Assembly: GCA_002633005.1 (NCBI GenBank)
Contig: NMRA01000529.1
Span: 186,001-250,000 of the forward strand
Length of the DNA stretch: 64,000 nucleotides
Reading direction: 5' to 3'
Origin: Phoronis australis
Taxonomy: Eukaryota; Animalia; Phoronida
The position numbers were made by a program, and so were the translations under genes. Positions 1 through 12,900 of the stretch are shown piece by piece. How positions within the stretch are numbered: the first letter of the stretch is position 1; each line of letters begins with the position of its first letter. Under the pieces are notes generated by a model, which made no database searches, was not told the origin of the DNA, and saw only the letters and a list, made by a program, of their open reading frames with translations.

Positions 1-786
1 AGTTGGTCAGTAAGCTAATCATGCATCTCAAAGATTGTATATACACAAAACGTACCGAGAGTGGAGTATATCAAGTAAAATCCCACGAGACAATATCATG
101 ATCATAATTGTGTCTTGGTGACTTAAGTAAGACTATTGGGCGATTTTGTAATCTGTGGTATCATTTTTGGAAAAGCTATCAAGAAAAGATGTTCAACCCA
201 ACACAAATCTCTTTGCTTTTTCTCAGGTTGTGGGTCATATTTAAACTTTTCTGCAATGGGATGCACTTAAGACCAATCTGCCTTAGAGAAGCACATGACT
301 CGTGTCCATTTCTTCTCACTCATGTGATTAATCGCGTGTAATTTTGTGTAGTCTTGTGGAATTTCCTTCCTCCTAAAATTGCTTTGCGGAACCTTGCCAC
401 GTTCCGTGAAAACGGTCAAAGTGGCAAATTTCAAGAGGGTATGTGAACTTCAGCTAGTTTAAAAGAAGAGCAAAGCTTGGCGACAGGTTATTCTAACATG
501 TCTTGTTTTAACACAGAGAATGTGTAAAATAACCCACTAATGGCATGGATAATCTAAGCTTCACATATCACTCCTCAATTGCATGTCAACGTCAACGGCA
601 CGATTTAATTGGTCGTATTTGGGGTTATGAAAGGTTAGAATATACTGTTTCCCGAATATACAAATAGCGGCTAACTACTTCCCGTATAGGCCTACGCATT
701 TAATACTGTAGTTGCAGATTTTTACTGCCGACGTCCCAAAGCACTAGATCTTTCCGTGGAGAAATCGGAAAACATGTTATGCCAGG

Positions 787-922
787 TCAGACGTTGATCA
801 ATCCATCGAACATATTAGACCCTTCAGTTGGCGCCAGGGGTGAAACTGAATTGCGTGATGTCGCCGACGTTTTACGGTACTTCAGACGTCCATCGTTACT
901 ATTTTTCTTTTCATCCCCACAT
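787..922 (-). CDS. Last coding exon, cytoplasmic tail ending GLINV*
   Basis: Strong poly-T/CTTAACAG acceptor; phase 2 matches the TM exon; TGA at 787-789. Confidence 0.8.
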
Positions 923-3900
923 CTGTTAAGGCAAAAAAAAAACAGTTCACGTTTACAGCCGACCACCACTCACATTTCGTTCATATCTATTACGAAAAAT
1001 GTAATGTGCGATATGGGCTAAAGCCTATCTTCAACACATGTAAAATTGTTCCTACAATATGTTAAGAGCATCGCTCTTAGTAAACTGGTGGCATAACATG
1101 CCGTCCAGGCCATAAAATTTCATCATAGCCAGCCAATTAAAAGGCTTTTGAAATAACCGACAGAAAATCAAAGAGAAAGACGGACGCTGAGTGGACGAAC
1201 ATCAGAGCAGCAAGGCCAAGCACACAAGCATCATCAGGTCGCTTGTACAAGCATCAGGTCACGTGCACAAACATCCGGGATATTTAAGTCACGGTGAATG
1301 ACTTACCCAATAATCACGAAAGGCTTGAAAATGATTGGTAGAAATTAGTGTATAAGATGTATTTGAAAAATTAGCATCTTAAAAATATCCGTAATATGTA
1401 CATGTAGCAAACCTGATACCCTGCGTCTCTGAAGATGTTCACTTTGACGTTGCATTTCGTAAAGAGTGTGATTCCGATGAATGTTAAATTCGTGTGCTGC
1501 TACACATTGGACAGATTGACATTCAAACTGTCGGTGCAGACGTCAAAATTACCTGTTGGCTGCAGTCTTCTTCAAGTAATAAACTACCACAATCACTATG
1601 ACCAACAGCGCCACCACAGAGCCTGAGACGACCAGGATCACCATCAATAAGTCCGTTTCTTCAGCTGTCGATTCTGCCACCAATGTGTCTGGAAGAAAAA
1701 GAGCATCGCACAACTGATCACCGAGATAAGGCTCTAAATGCCACTCAGTCAATGAGATCTCAGGCGACAAAATGCCAGAATCAGTGAGATACCTACGCAC
1801 TAAACAACGAACGTCCCAGTCTCAACATTTCTTCCACACAAAGATGTAAAGGCTCGCGGCTTATTAGAGAACTCCACAAAAACTATACACAAACGTGTTA
1901 CTTTGAAGAAATCTTGAATCATTCAATTTGGAAACTTAGTTCTAAGCAATCCTTGACTATTTCTTGTGACTGGCAAGAACGCAAATAATTGTTACCGGCG
2001 CAGAAGATCCCGTTGCCTTTAAAGCCCATCTGACAGGTGCAGACATAGGAACCAATAGAATTGGTGCACCTGGCTGTTGGAGCACACGTGGAAGACCCAT
2101 TAGTACATTCATCAATGTCTGTAATAAATCATAAGCTTCAATAGCCAACAGCAAACTCCAACTTAAATAAAATCAGTTATTAACGTTTAAATTGTACCGC
2201 ACTTGGTCTAGGTGTTCCTCGACCTGTTACACACATGTTAAAACGCAGAGGATTTGGAGAAAGCAATGCAATATGCTGAATGATCGGGTCATGTGAAAGA
2301 AGTACTGGAATTTTTTTTTTCGTTTTTTAAAAGTTTATGCTGATATTCGCAAATTAAAATCGGGTAAGGCCACTGGTATAGACGGTATCCCATACGAAGT
2401 GCTGAGATCTCCAGAGATGGTTAATATTTTGGTCTCGCTCTTTCAGAAGGTCTTTGACACTGGATTTACCCCATCATTATGATATAAAGCGATTATCTCC
2501 CCTATACCGAAAGGGTCAGATAGAGATTTGAATTTACCGTCCAACTATAGAGGCATAAGTCTGCTCTCCACCGTGAGCAAAGTGTATTGTAACGTACAAA
2601 GCAGGAGAATAACCGAGTTTCTGAATATCGAACACAATTTGAATGAAGAACAAAATGGTTTTTGACAGGGGAGGTCTTGTTTTGACCACGTGTTTACGCT
2701 CACATCTATCGTCAGATATAGAATAGCTTGTAATAGACCAACGTTTGCGATATTTGTCGAAATGGATTGGGCTTTTGCCATTTTAGATAGAAACTTTTTA
2801 TTGAAAAAATAATCAATTTAGGAGTGACGGGAGAATTCTATCACTCAGTAAAATCGTTCTATGAGCAGACAGAAGTCTGTGTACAGTTTGGTCAGTCAAG
2901 TTATACCAACTGGTTTCCAGTACAAAGAGGGGTCAGATAGGGAGATCCATTGTCGCCTACCTTGTTTTCAATTTTCATAAATGATTTGATTGATGATTTG
3001 AACAGTTGTAGCAAATTTGTCAAGTCAATTTTGATGGATGTAATTTATCATGTCTCTTGTATGCAGATGGCATTGGGATTTTTTCTGGTAATGAAACATA
3101 TTTAGAGGATTTACTGGACATACTGAGTAATTGGTGTGCAAGGTGGCAAATGTCTGTAACTCTTTCCCAAGACTGATGTGGTTCATTTTCGCAAGAGGGG
3201 ACATGCAAGAACGAGTTTTGAATTCATTTAGTGTGATCGCATTGTGAATTCAAGAGAATGTTATAGGTATCTGGGTGTAACTCTGAACGAGTTTATGGAT
3301 TTCAGTTTGACAGCTGAGATACTGGCGGACCCCGCGTCTAGAGCGTTGGGAGCTCTGGTGAGCAAGAATAAAAATATTGGCAACATGCGTTTCAATAGTT
3401 ACAGTAAACGTTTTAAAATTTCAGTAGCTTCAATTCTAGAATATGGATCTGTAATTTGGGGGTACTCTTAATACTCCAAATGCAAAATGATCAGAACGAG
3501 AGCACTACGCATATTCTTAGGGGTCCACAAGTACATATGCTGCCTATGCAATACTTTATGGGAACTCAGGTTGGCCAAATTCACACTACAAACAACATGA
3601 AAATATGCTGAGGCTCTGGAGTTGTTCAGTTCTAATGGATGAAAGCAGAATTGCAAAACAAGTTTTTTTATTTGACCTTAAACATCGAAACCCCTGTAAT
3701 TGGTCAAGCTCAATATTCAAAATTATGGAGAAATGCGATTTTTAGAAAATTTTGGGAACAAAAAATTATCTCTCGAAAACTTCAAAACATTCAGGTTCCA
3801 GTTAGAAGAGTTAATCTTGTTAAAAATAATCACTGAGAAACTGAGAAACCAAAACTGTGCTTATATAGGTCTGTTAAGAATGACTATTGTGTAGAAGAGT

Positions 3901-6900
3901 ATTTGCATCTGCCGGTGTCTCAGGGGTCCGTCATAGCTCGATGGAAAGCAGGTATTCTACTATTAGAGGTTGAAGTGGGGCGGTACTTCGGAATTTCTGT
4001 GAATGAACGGATTTGTCGTGTTTTTGAAAACGGAATTGAAGATGAAGTTCATTTCATTTTTGACTGTGAAAAATATACTCACATTCGACCATTTTTATAC
4101 GGGATTCTTCCCTACTTTAAACATTCCGAAATAACTTGAAAGGTCGAACGAAATTCATTCAAGACGCTTTGTAGCTTAGAAGTATTTATTTGTTTATAAA
4201 CTAGTCTGAAGTGGTCATATTTGAGCGTGTGCAGTATGTTATGTAATGGTTTAGTTATTATTAGGTGAGTGAGTAAGCCCATTGAGGCTGGGAATATTCT
4301 GTCTTTGGGATTCTATTTACTGGCACCCTCATGTGACTATAATAAATAAATAACAAATACACACAGGCTAATATCTGACCTGCAGTGATTTAAAGTTGGT
4401 GTTCCCAAGTTCGCTGAAAAATACGGCTATAATTTAAAGTAAAGCAATGTTTGTGTTTCCATGATGTGTGATTCAGGTACAAAACCCCGGAAATCACGTT
4501 AACGCACTCTCTATCTTAGTTTAGTAGAACAAGGCAATTGGTAGTCGGTCGTAGAACAACGATAGCACGCTCACAATTCGCTATTTCGGATCACGTTCTT
4601 ACGCCATTTTCTGTTTTTAACCACCAGACTTGAGCAAGAATAGATTGGCGTGCAGGTACATGAAAACCTCATGGGAGAGTCAGTGATAGACGTAATTTCC
4701 CTATGAAATGTGTATAAATTGTAAAGATACATCCATAACCCCAGGTCACGGGTCGAAGAGGTTTTGGGTCGTGGGTAGTGGGGGTTGTGGGTCGAGGGGG
4801 TACTGGGCTTAGAAAAATCCCGAAAAACAGGCTGTAGGTCACAGCGACCAACAAACTAAACTGAACAGCGCTTGTTAATTATACATTTCAATGAAAACGT
4901 GGTCTTACCCAAACACAAAGTTCCGTTGCCCTCAAAACCCTCCAGACATCTACAAGTGTAGGAACCAATGTTGTTCGTACATGTGGCGTTTGAATCACAA
5001 AGTGCTCTTCCGTTTCGGCATTCGTCAATATCTGAAAAGTTTTCCATTATACAATAAATACAATCATCCCTAAGATCTCAACAGCCACGCGTAAAACATC
5101 AGGAACAACACACTCACGCATAGAGTGACTTTCAAACTCTGAGGAAAATTTACCGCATGTAACTCAACTGATGGAATGTACTGACGTTCATTGAAGATGC
5201 CAAACAAGTTTTTGACTACTTCAGTTCATAACAATAGTTTCCAGGTGTAGAGAAAACCCATGCACGTAGTCAAAAATAAGCTGAATCGTAGCTTTTGCAT
5301 CATGGTAAACTGAGCTTTGTTTATTGCCAAATGTTAATGAACTCGCATTTTGTGTGAATACCGTGAAAAGGCAAATGTTAAGGACAGTTTGAATCGGTCA
5401 GTGCGTGTTTGCAGAAAGAGCCAAGCCAAGTCAAAGTGCCAAACTGAAACAGAACGTTCCGTTGCCCTCTAAGACCTCAAAACAACTACAGTTGTAGGAA
5501 CTAATCACGTTGGTACACGTGGCAATTTGGCATTTGGCAATTGCGGTTACACATTCATCTATGTCTGAAATGCAAGAATAAGTTTTGCAGATTGGTGAAG
5601 CATGAATAGTCTTGAACGTAGAATATTGCATCGAGGGATCATAATCTCTAAATTCAGTGCAACAAATTGCTTTAATCAAGATTATAACGTCTAACGAATG
5701 GCCACAATACAGCAGCTATGTTAGCAGAGCGGAGCATGGTGTCTGTTTCTTTGTGGCTTTTAATTAGTTATAAGTGAAGATACATGTAACCGTTACTTAA
5801 TTGGAAATTATTGGTTTTCTTAGCACAATAACTTGCCACTCACGGCGTCATCGTGAATTTCTCGATAATCAACAAAATAATTATATGGCCAATCATCTTT
5901 TCCATTATCATGACGTCGTAGATTGTTCCCTGTTCTCGCAGCTGTGTGTTCACGTCATACTAGACTGGGGGATATTTGAATTAAATTTTTAAACATGTTT
6001 GGTAAGCTAAACAACTCCCAGGACAGTCCGAAAAGCCTAAAACCAGACAAAACGTCTGAAATGACCCGTATTGTCACGTGACCAAAGCGTACGTCCTACC
6101 TGAGCAGAACGTTCCGTTGCCCTCAAATCCTTCACGGCAATTGCATTTGTATGAACCGATGTCGTTGGTACAGGCAGCATTTGGATCACACGTTGCATCT
6201 CCGCTGACACATTCGTTAAGATCTGAAATGTATTCGTTTTTTTTTAGGTTTTACGGTCCACCTTCAGCTGTCAAAAACTCGTTTCCACGAACAAGTAAAA
6301 GATTAGAAAATTACCCACAGAAAACTACGTTGCAAGGTCGTGGCGTAGATATCAATGGATAGACGTATGCATTGTTCACTTTGTTTTTTATAATAACAAT
6401 AACGGCAAGCATCTGTCGGTAACGGGCAGATATGCGGCCAAGGTGCCTTATCCATGCAACCTGTACTATGTCGAACAAAGACGCAACAAAGAAAATAGCG
6501 GAAGTGTTCCATATGCAATAACCGAGCGAAGCGCCTCCACCCGTCACATGGATGTCCCAAATTAAGCAATACCTAGCGACATCTATTGAATGTCATCCCC
6601 ACTTAACACAATCAAATTATTTTAAGTGAACAGCATATGTGAATAGAACAACTCTAATGCGAAAGTTAACGGGGAACTTCAAAGTTTCTGCTAGTCCTGC
6701 ATCTTATAGCGATCATGACGTATCTATGGTATCATTAACCTCAACTTTATATTGTGCATGACTACATGTAAACTTAATTAGCCTCACCCAAGCAAAATGT
6801 TCCGTTGCCTTTAAATCCCTCCCGACACCTGCAGTTGTAAGAGCCAGTGACGTTGGTGAAAGTGGCATTCGGATCGCATGAAGCAGTCCCTTTATTATGC

Positions 6901-9900
6901 TCTGGAATAACTTAAACAGAAAAAAACATGATATAGATAGATATCGTAATTTCATTCACATTGCAAATAATTGTAAATCTGACAGTCAACTACATGGATT
7001 GGTCTTCAGTTTATTGCAAGAACCTAAGCTGAATTATAATCTGAGTTCATAGAAGAATACCGTACGGTCACTATATGAACAGGCTAAAACAGTGACATTT
7101 ATACAGCTATTATGCAGCAGCGCCCTCATCTAATGTTGGTTTGCAAGGGATATCGTGAACTTAGGTCACGTTTTATGAAGGAATTTCAATGGAGGCATCC
7201 AACTCAAGAATCCTGTATACGCCTGCTCGCTAATCCAGATATATCTGCTGTTAAATATGTGTATTTTGCCCTTAAAAGACGAGAACAACTCTTAAATGGG
7301 TTGACTGCTTGTGCAAATGTGCCTGATTAATTGTTTTGTTTATTGTACTTTGGGCCAGAGGCCTTCAATACAGTTACATTTATATATATATATACAGCTA
7401 TTATGTACACAAGTATGAAGGAGCCTACGTCAAAAATGAGTTGAATCGCACCATTTACATCATGGCACATCTTACTAGTTAGGTTAGTTTTATGTTTGCT
7501 AAACGCCATGAGACATGCGAATCTCAAGTTGTTAAGTGCCTCGTGTAAATGGAGTGATACGAAAATCTTTATTTGGCGTTAGCTAGAGGTCAGCCCCCCC
7601 CTCGTCTCGGTGACCAAAACTCCATACCGGAACAGAACGTTCCGTTGCCCTCAAAGCCTTCGCGACAGCTACACTTGTGGGAACCAATGACGTTGGTACA
7701 CAAAGCATTTGGGTCACAGCTCGCAATTCCAGCAATGCATTCATCAATGTCTGAAATACAAAAATGCTCATCAGCGAAACATGAAATGTCTCCCACGGCC
7801 AAACATGGCATATTGAGCACAATCTCCTATAGTAACTGCGCCATATTCCTCAATAAACGACTATCCAAAGGTCACAGAGCAGTGTAAAGTGTTAAATAAT
7901 AATGTTGCATAAAACGCACATGACACAGATTACATGTGACTTTCGCCATTCTTGTAATACATTCAACAATATTTCAAATACAAAAAGTAAATTTGACAGA
8001 TTCGACAATCATAAAGTTTTCACAAGACACCCATTTTCCACAATACATTCATAAAACTGATCAAGTCAAGTTTAGAACGTTTACCGAATGGTAACATAAA
8101 AATATTTAGGTATTAAGTAAAATAGTGTATTACCAGCACATAACGTTCCGTTGCCGTGAAAGCCCTTCCCACAGCTGCAGGTGAAGGAACCAATGACGTT
8201 GGTACATCTTGCCTTTGGATCGCACATTGCAATTCCTCCGCTACATTCGTCAACATCTGACAAGTAATCAATGATTGACTTAGATGGGTTCACCTTTGGG
8301 ATTTCAAGTTCTAATTCAAACAAACCCGGCACAAAAATAAATGCCTATAATACACTACATGTTGCTTTTGCACATCCATATTACATCTCAAGTCCAAGTC
8401 ATATTTGACAGACTAGTGAAACATAACGACGCCAGTTTTGAATAGGAAATGCATCAAACTCCTCAAGTTTGAAACGACTACAAAAACGACACAAAAGAGC
8501 GTTTCATGTTTGATAATAATAGTGTATTACCCGCACAGAATGTTCCGTTGCCCTCAAAACCCTCCTGACAACTACAGTTGTAGAAGCCAATGGCATTGGT
8601 ACACGTTGCGTTTGGGTCACAGGTCGCAATTTCGGCAATACATTCATCGATGTCTAAAATAAAGAACATGTTTGCCAATTAGTGGACCATGCATGGTCAT
8701 GTCCTTAGAATATGACCTGATACGGCCTGCTTTCCCCTGACAATGCATTGAATAAATGAAATTAGATTTGAAACCTCGAACAAATAACTATAGAGCAGTT
8801 TTTAAACATACATTAACCTTTTGGTTAGAACAGTTAAACGTTTAATTGTATTTCTAATTCAGTATAACAGAGCTTGGTGACTGTTTGTTTATATTTTTTT
8901 ATATTCACGCCTTTTAGTAGTAGTTGTTTGATGTGACACATCTTCTATTTGATAAAGACAAAAATGGCCATGAAATTAGTCTAAGTGACCTTTGGGAGAT
9001 GGTGGAACGACTGTACCGTCAGAAGCATTAACATGCCGGGCGCAGTATTTTGCTGCGAATAATTTCTATGATAATTGAATAACAGATTTGCTTTCAGAAG
9101 CCAGCAAATAAAATTCTACGAGAAACATTACATCCAGGTTACCTACATCATAGCACAGTAACCCCAATGCGAACGGGTAATGGTTATAGAAAACTTGCAC
9201 GCACCTGGTTCCTACCTAAACTGGGTCAATGTGTAGATGTTTGAAAGTACACCTATGACCTGTATGCACAGTCATGTAAGTGATTGACAACTTAAATTTT
9301 TTTATTCGGAAAGAATATATTGTCGTTAAGTAGGCCTAAAGATTTTGAAAGAAATGTCACGTAATTCTGATCGCGTCGGTAGTCGGTGCCAGCTGCAGTA
9401 GAAAGGTGAGTGGATTTGTCGAAAAGGCCTGATCAGATTCACCCCTTCTGAGGCTGACTTACTTCCTAATTTTGTGCATTCAAATGTTCCGCAGAACAGT
9501 TGCTGTCCCATACAGTGTACCACAAATCTTTCATTAACATAAGGGCAACAATCAAACTACAGCACCCAAATTTCATGTCTTCTGCAAGAACACAACCATT
9601 GGGTCATTGCAATGTGGTTTCGTACTTTGCTACATGTACCTGTTCTCGCGGTTGTCGCGAAAAGTCGAGTTCAAAGAAACACCTCACTGGGGGATATTTG
9701 AATTATAACATGTACCGGGGTATATCAAGTATTCTTGAAACGCTAAGGAGTTGTCAGACTGGACAGAAATATCAACTAAGAATCGTTCGAAAAAGATTTA
9801 ATCCGAATGCAATAAATCAGCCAAAATGTCTCCAATAGCCTATGTAGCCGTGTGACCGAAGTGTCTTACCGGAGCAGGAACTTCCGTTGCCTTCGAAGCC

Positions 9901-12900
9901 TTCACGGCAGTTGCATTCATACGAACCGATCTCGTTGATACATAAAGCATTTGCGTCACACATTGCATTCCCAGTAATACATTCATTGATATCTGAAAAG
10001 CATTCGCTTCATTAGGTGATACGTTCCCCCGTAAGGTTTCTGCTAAAACAGGTTTCAGTTAAATTGGAAAACAACAGAATTTACAAAAACGAGTTCACTC
10101 CAAAAAGTCGCAATGAAAAATGATATGCATTACGGCGTTCTTGCCGTTCAGTGACGCAAGGGGTTGTGGGCATGTGATAACATCTGGCACTTTTGATAAC
10201 TGTCAAGCGCAGTCTCTTGTCCCGCAGGACAATCATGCTGGCCAATTATCTCCCAAGCTCCAAAGGGTTCCCGAAACCTGACAGAACTACTTTCGACACC
10301 GGGTAGAGGTTTTCATCAACAACAGTAAGTTGGCAATACGTGTGCACAAAATAGATTGTTTTAACTTCCGTTGTAGTTGGGCGATTTTGGTGATTTAAAA
10401 ACTACACATAATCAGTATTCGGCAAGGATTTCAGAAAAAATGATATTGCCCAGTTAGAGGAGAAAAGATCTGATCGGAGATTAGAACAATTATTGAACAG
10501 ATAACTTGTACTCCAACCATAAATGCCAGAATGGAGTTAATCAGTCGTGTGAGATTTTGGCTACAGGGGCCATCTTCCCAACTTGTTGTCGGGCTACAGA
10601 ATTGGACAAGCAACGGGAAAACGCCGTAATGTGCTAATATGACGTGAGAATCGTGCAACACAAATGCAAGAGCTAATGTGAGTTTACATGTATACCGTTT
10701 CTGGTTGTCCTGTATTTTATACCGCTGAAGACGACTATTAATTATCATTTTTGTACTCTGAATTGAATGTTAATAAATGGTAGTGGTGTACATAGTTATT
10801 ATAAAAAAGGATTGCATTACCCAAGCATAAAGTTCCGTTTCCTTCAAATCCTTCTTGGCAAATGCATCTGTAAGAGCCAGTGTGGTTGGTGAAAGTGGCA
10901 TTCGGATCACACGTCGCATTCCCGTTATTACGCTCATCGGGGACTAAAACAGCAAAATAAACATGGCGTGCATAGAAAATAGTATTAAGAAATTCAACGC
11001 ATTTAAATCTGATACCGTCAACGTCAAGTGTTTCGAGATTAGTTTATCAAAATAATTTCAGCTCAAAGGGTTCATATGAGAATACCAATTTGTTGCACTC
11101 TGTACATGCTTATTTAATGAATTACCGTAAGGGACAGGATACAGTTTTTATGGACAAAAATATGAATGTGCGTGTCTGAAGAAATGAATTGCAATTGTTT
11201 GAATCACGGTACTGTACATGTTCGTCTCAAGTGTGTTTTATTTTGCCTCACACGCTGTAGCGTACAAAAATGAAAAAAACACAAGTTTTACAATCCCTCG
11301 TGTAAACACAATGACAATGAAGGCTGCTTTCGCCATAGCCTAGTGGTTGCACATTTGAGAAACCAAACTGTCATACTTGAACAGAACGTTCCATTGCCCT
11401 CAAAGCCCTCGTGACAGCTACAAGTGTGAGAAGCAAGGGTGTTTGTACACGTAGCGTTTGGGTGGCAGGTCGAAAGACCAGTAATGCATTCATCAATATC
11501 TGAAATGCATTAAATGTTTGACAGATCAGTGTTCAGTAAAATATGGCACAGAATGCCACATTTCAATTTTCAGTGCACTGAATTATTGAATTTTAATAAT
11601 GTATTACCAGAACAGATAGTTCCGTTGCCCGAAAAGCCGTCCAGACAAATACAGCTGTAGGAACCAATAACGTTGGTACACGTTGCATTTGGGTCACAGG
11701 TTGCATTTCCGGCAATACATTCATCAATGTCTGAAATACAAGTGGCGCATTCATTGATATCTGAAATGTATTCATTTTGTTTGTTGTCACGGTCCAATGT
11801 CAAGTGTCAAAAACACGTTTCAGCAAACAAGGGAAAGAAAATTACCCACTGGGAAACTAGGTTGTGAGCAACCCTGATATGAAAGCTAACGTGAAACTTC
11901 ATTTTCTGCTCTTCCTGCATCTTATACCGATCACGACGTCTCTATGGTATTATTAATCTCAACTTCATATCCTGTAGGAATATCTGCAAATTTAATTAGT
12001 TTTACCCAAGCAAAATGTTCCGTTGCCTTCAAACCCCTCCCGACACTTGCAGTTGTAAGAACCAGTGACGTTGTTGAAAGTGGCATTCGGATCACATGAA
12101 GCAGTCCCTTTATTATGCTCTGGAATAACTTAAACAGAAAAAACATGATGTAGGGTGACATGCTGCACAATTCATACTGTTCAAGTTCTATGTCAAAGAA
12201 ACCGAGCATAATAATAAACATTTATAATGAACCACACGTCGGCTTTGCACAATGTGTCGCAATGCTATACCACGTCTGACATGAAACATGAATTGTCTTA
12301 CACAGCAAAATCTGTCATACCCGAACAGAACGTCCCATTGCCCTCAAAGCCCTTGTGACAGCTACACGTGTGAGAACCAACGGTGTTTGTGCACGTAGCG
12401 TTTGTGTGGCAGGTTGCAAATCCAGCAATACATTCATCAATATCTGAAATGCATAAAATGTTTGACAGATCAGTGCTCAGTAAAATATGGCAGAGAAGAC
12501 CAAATTTCTATATTCAATGCATCAAACTGCTCAGACCAAGTTTAGAAATCTCAATAAAAAAACCCTCAAAAACAAAATTTAATCTTTAATTTTAATATTC
12601 TATTACCAGAACAGAAAGTTCCGTTGCCCGTAAAGCCCTCCACGCAACTACAGTTGTAGGAACCAAGGACGTTGGTACACGTTGCATTTGGGTCACAGGT
12701 CGCAATTCCAGCAATACATTCATCAATATCTGAAATACAAGACATGTTTGGCAGAATAGTGAATCAAGAATTGTCTTACACCGTAGAGTAAGCCATAAAC
12801 AGAATAATCATCTATAGTTAGTGCATAAAACTGTTCAAATCAAGTTTGAAAAGTCTTAAAAATGGACACAAATTGTGCTTTATTGTATTATTGCATTACC

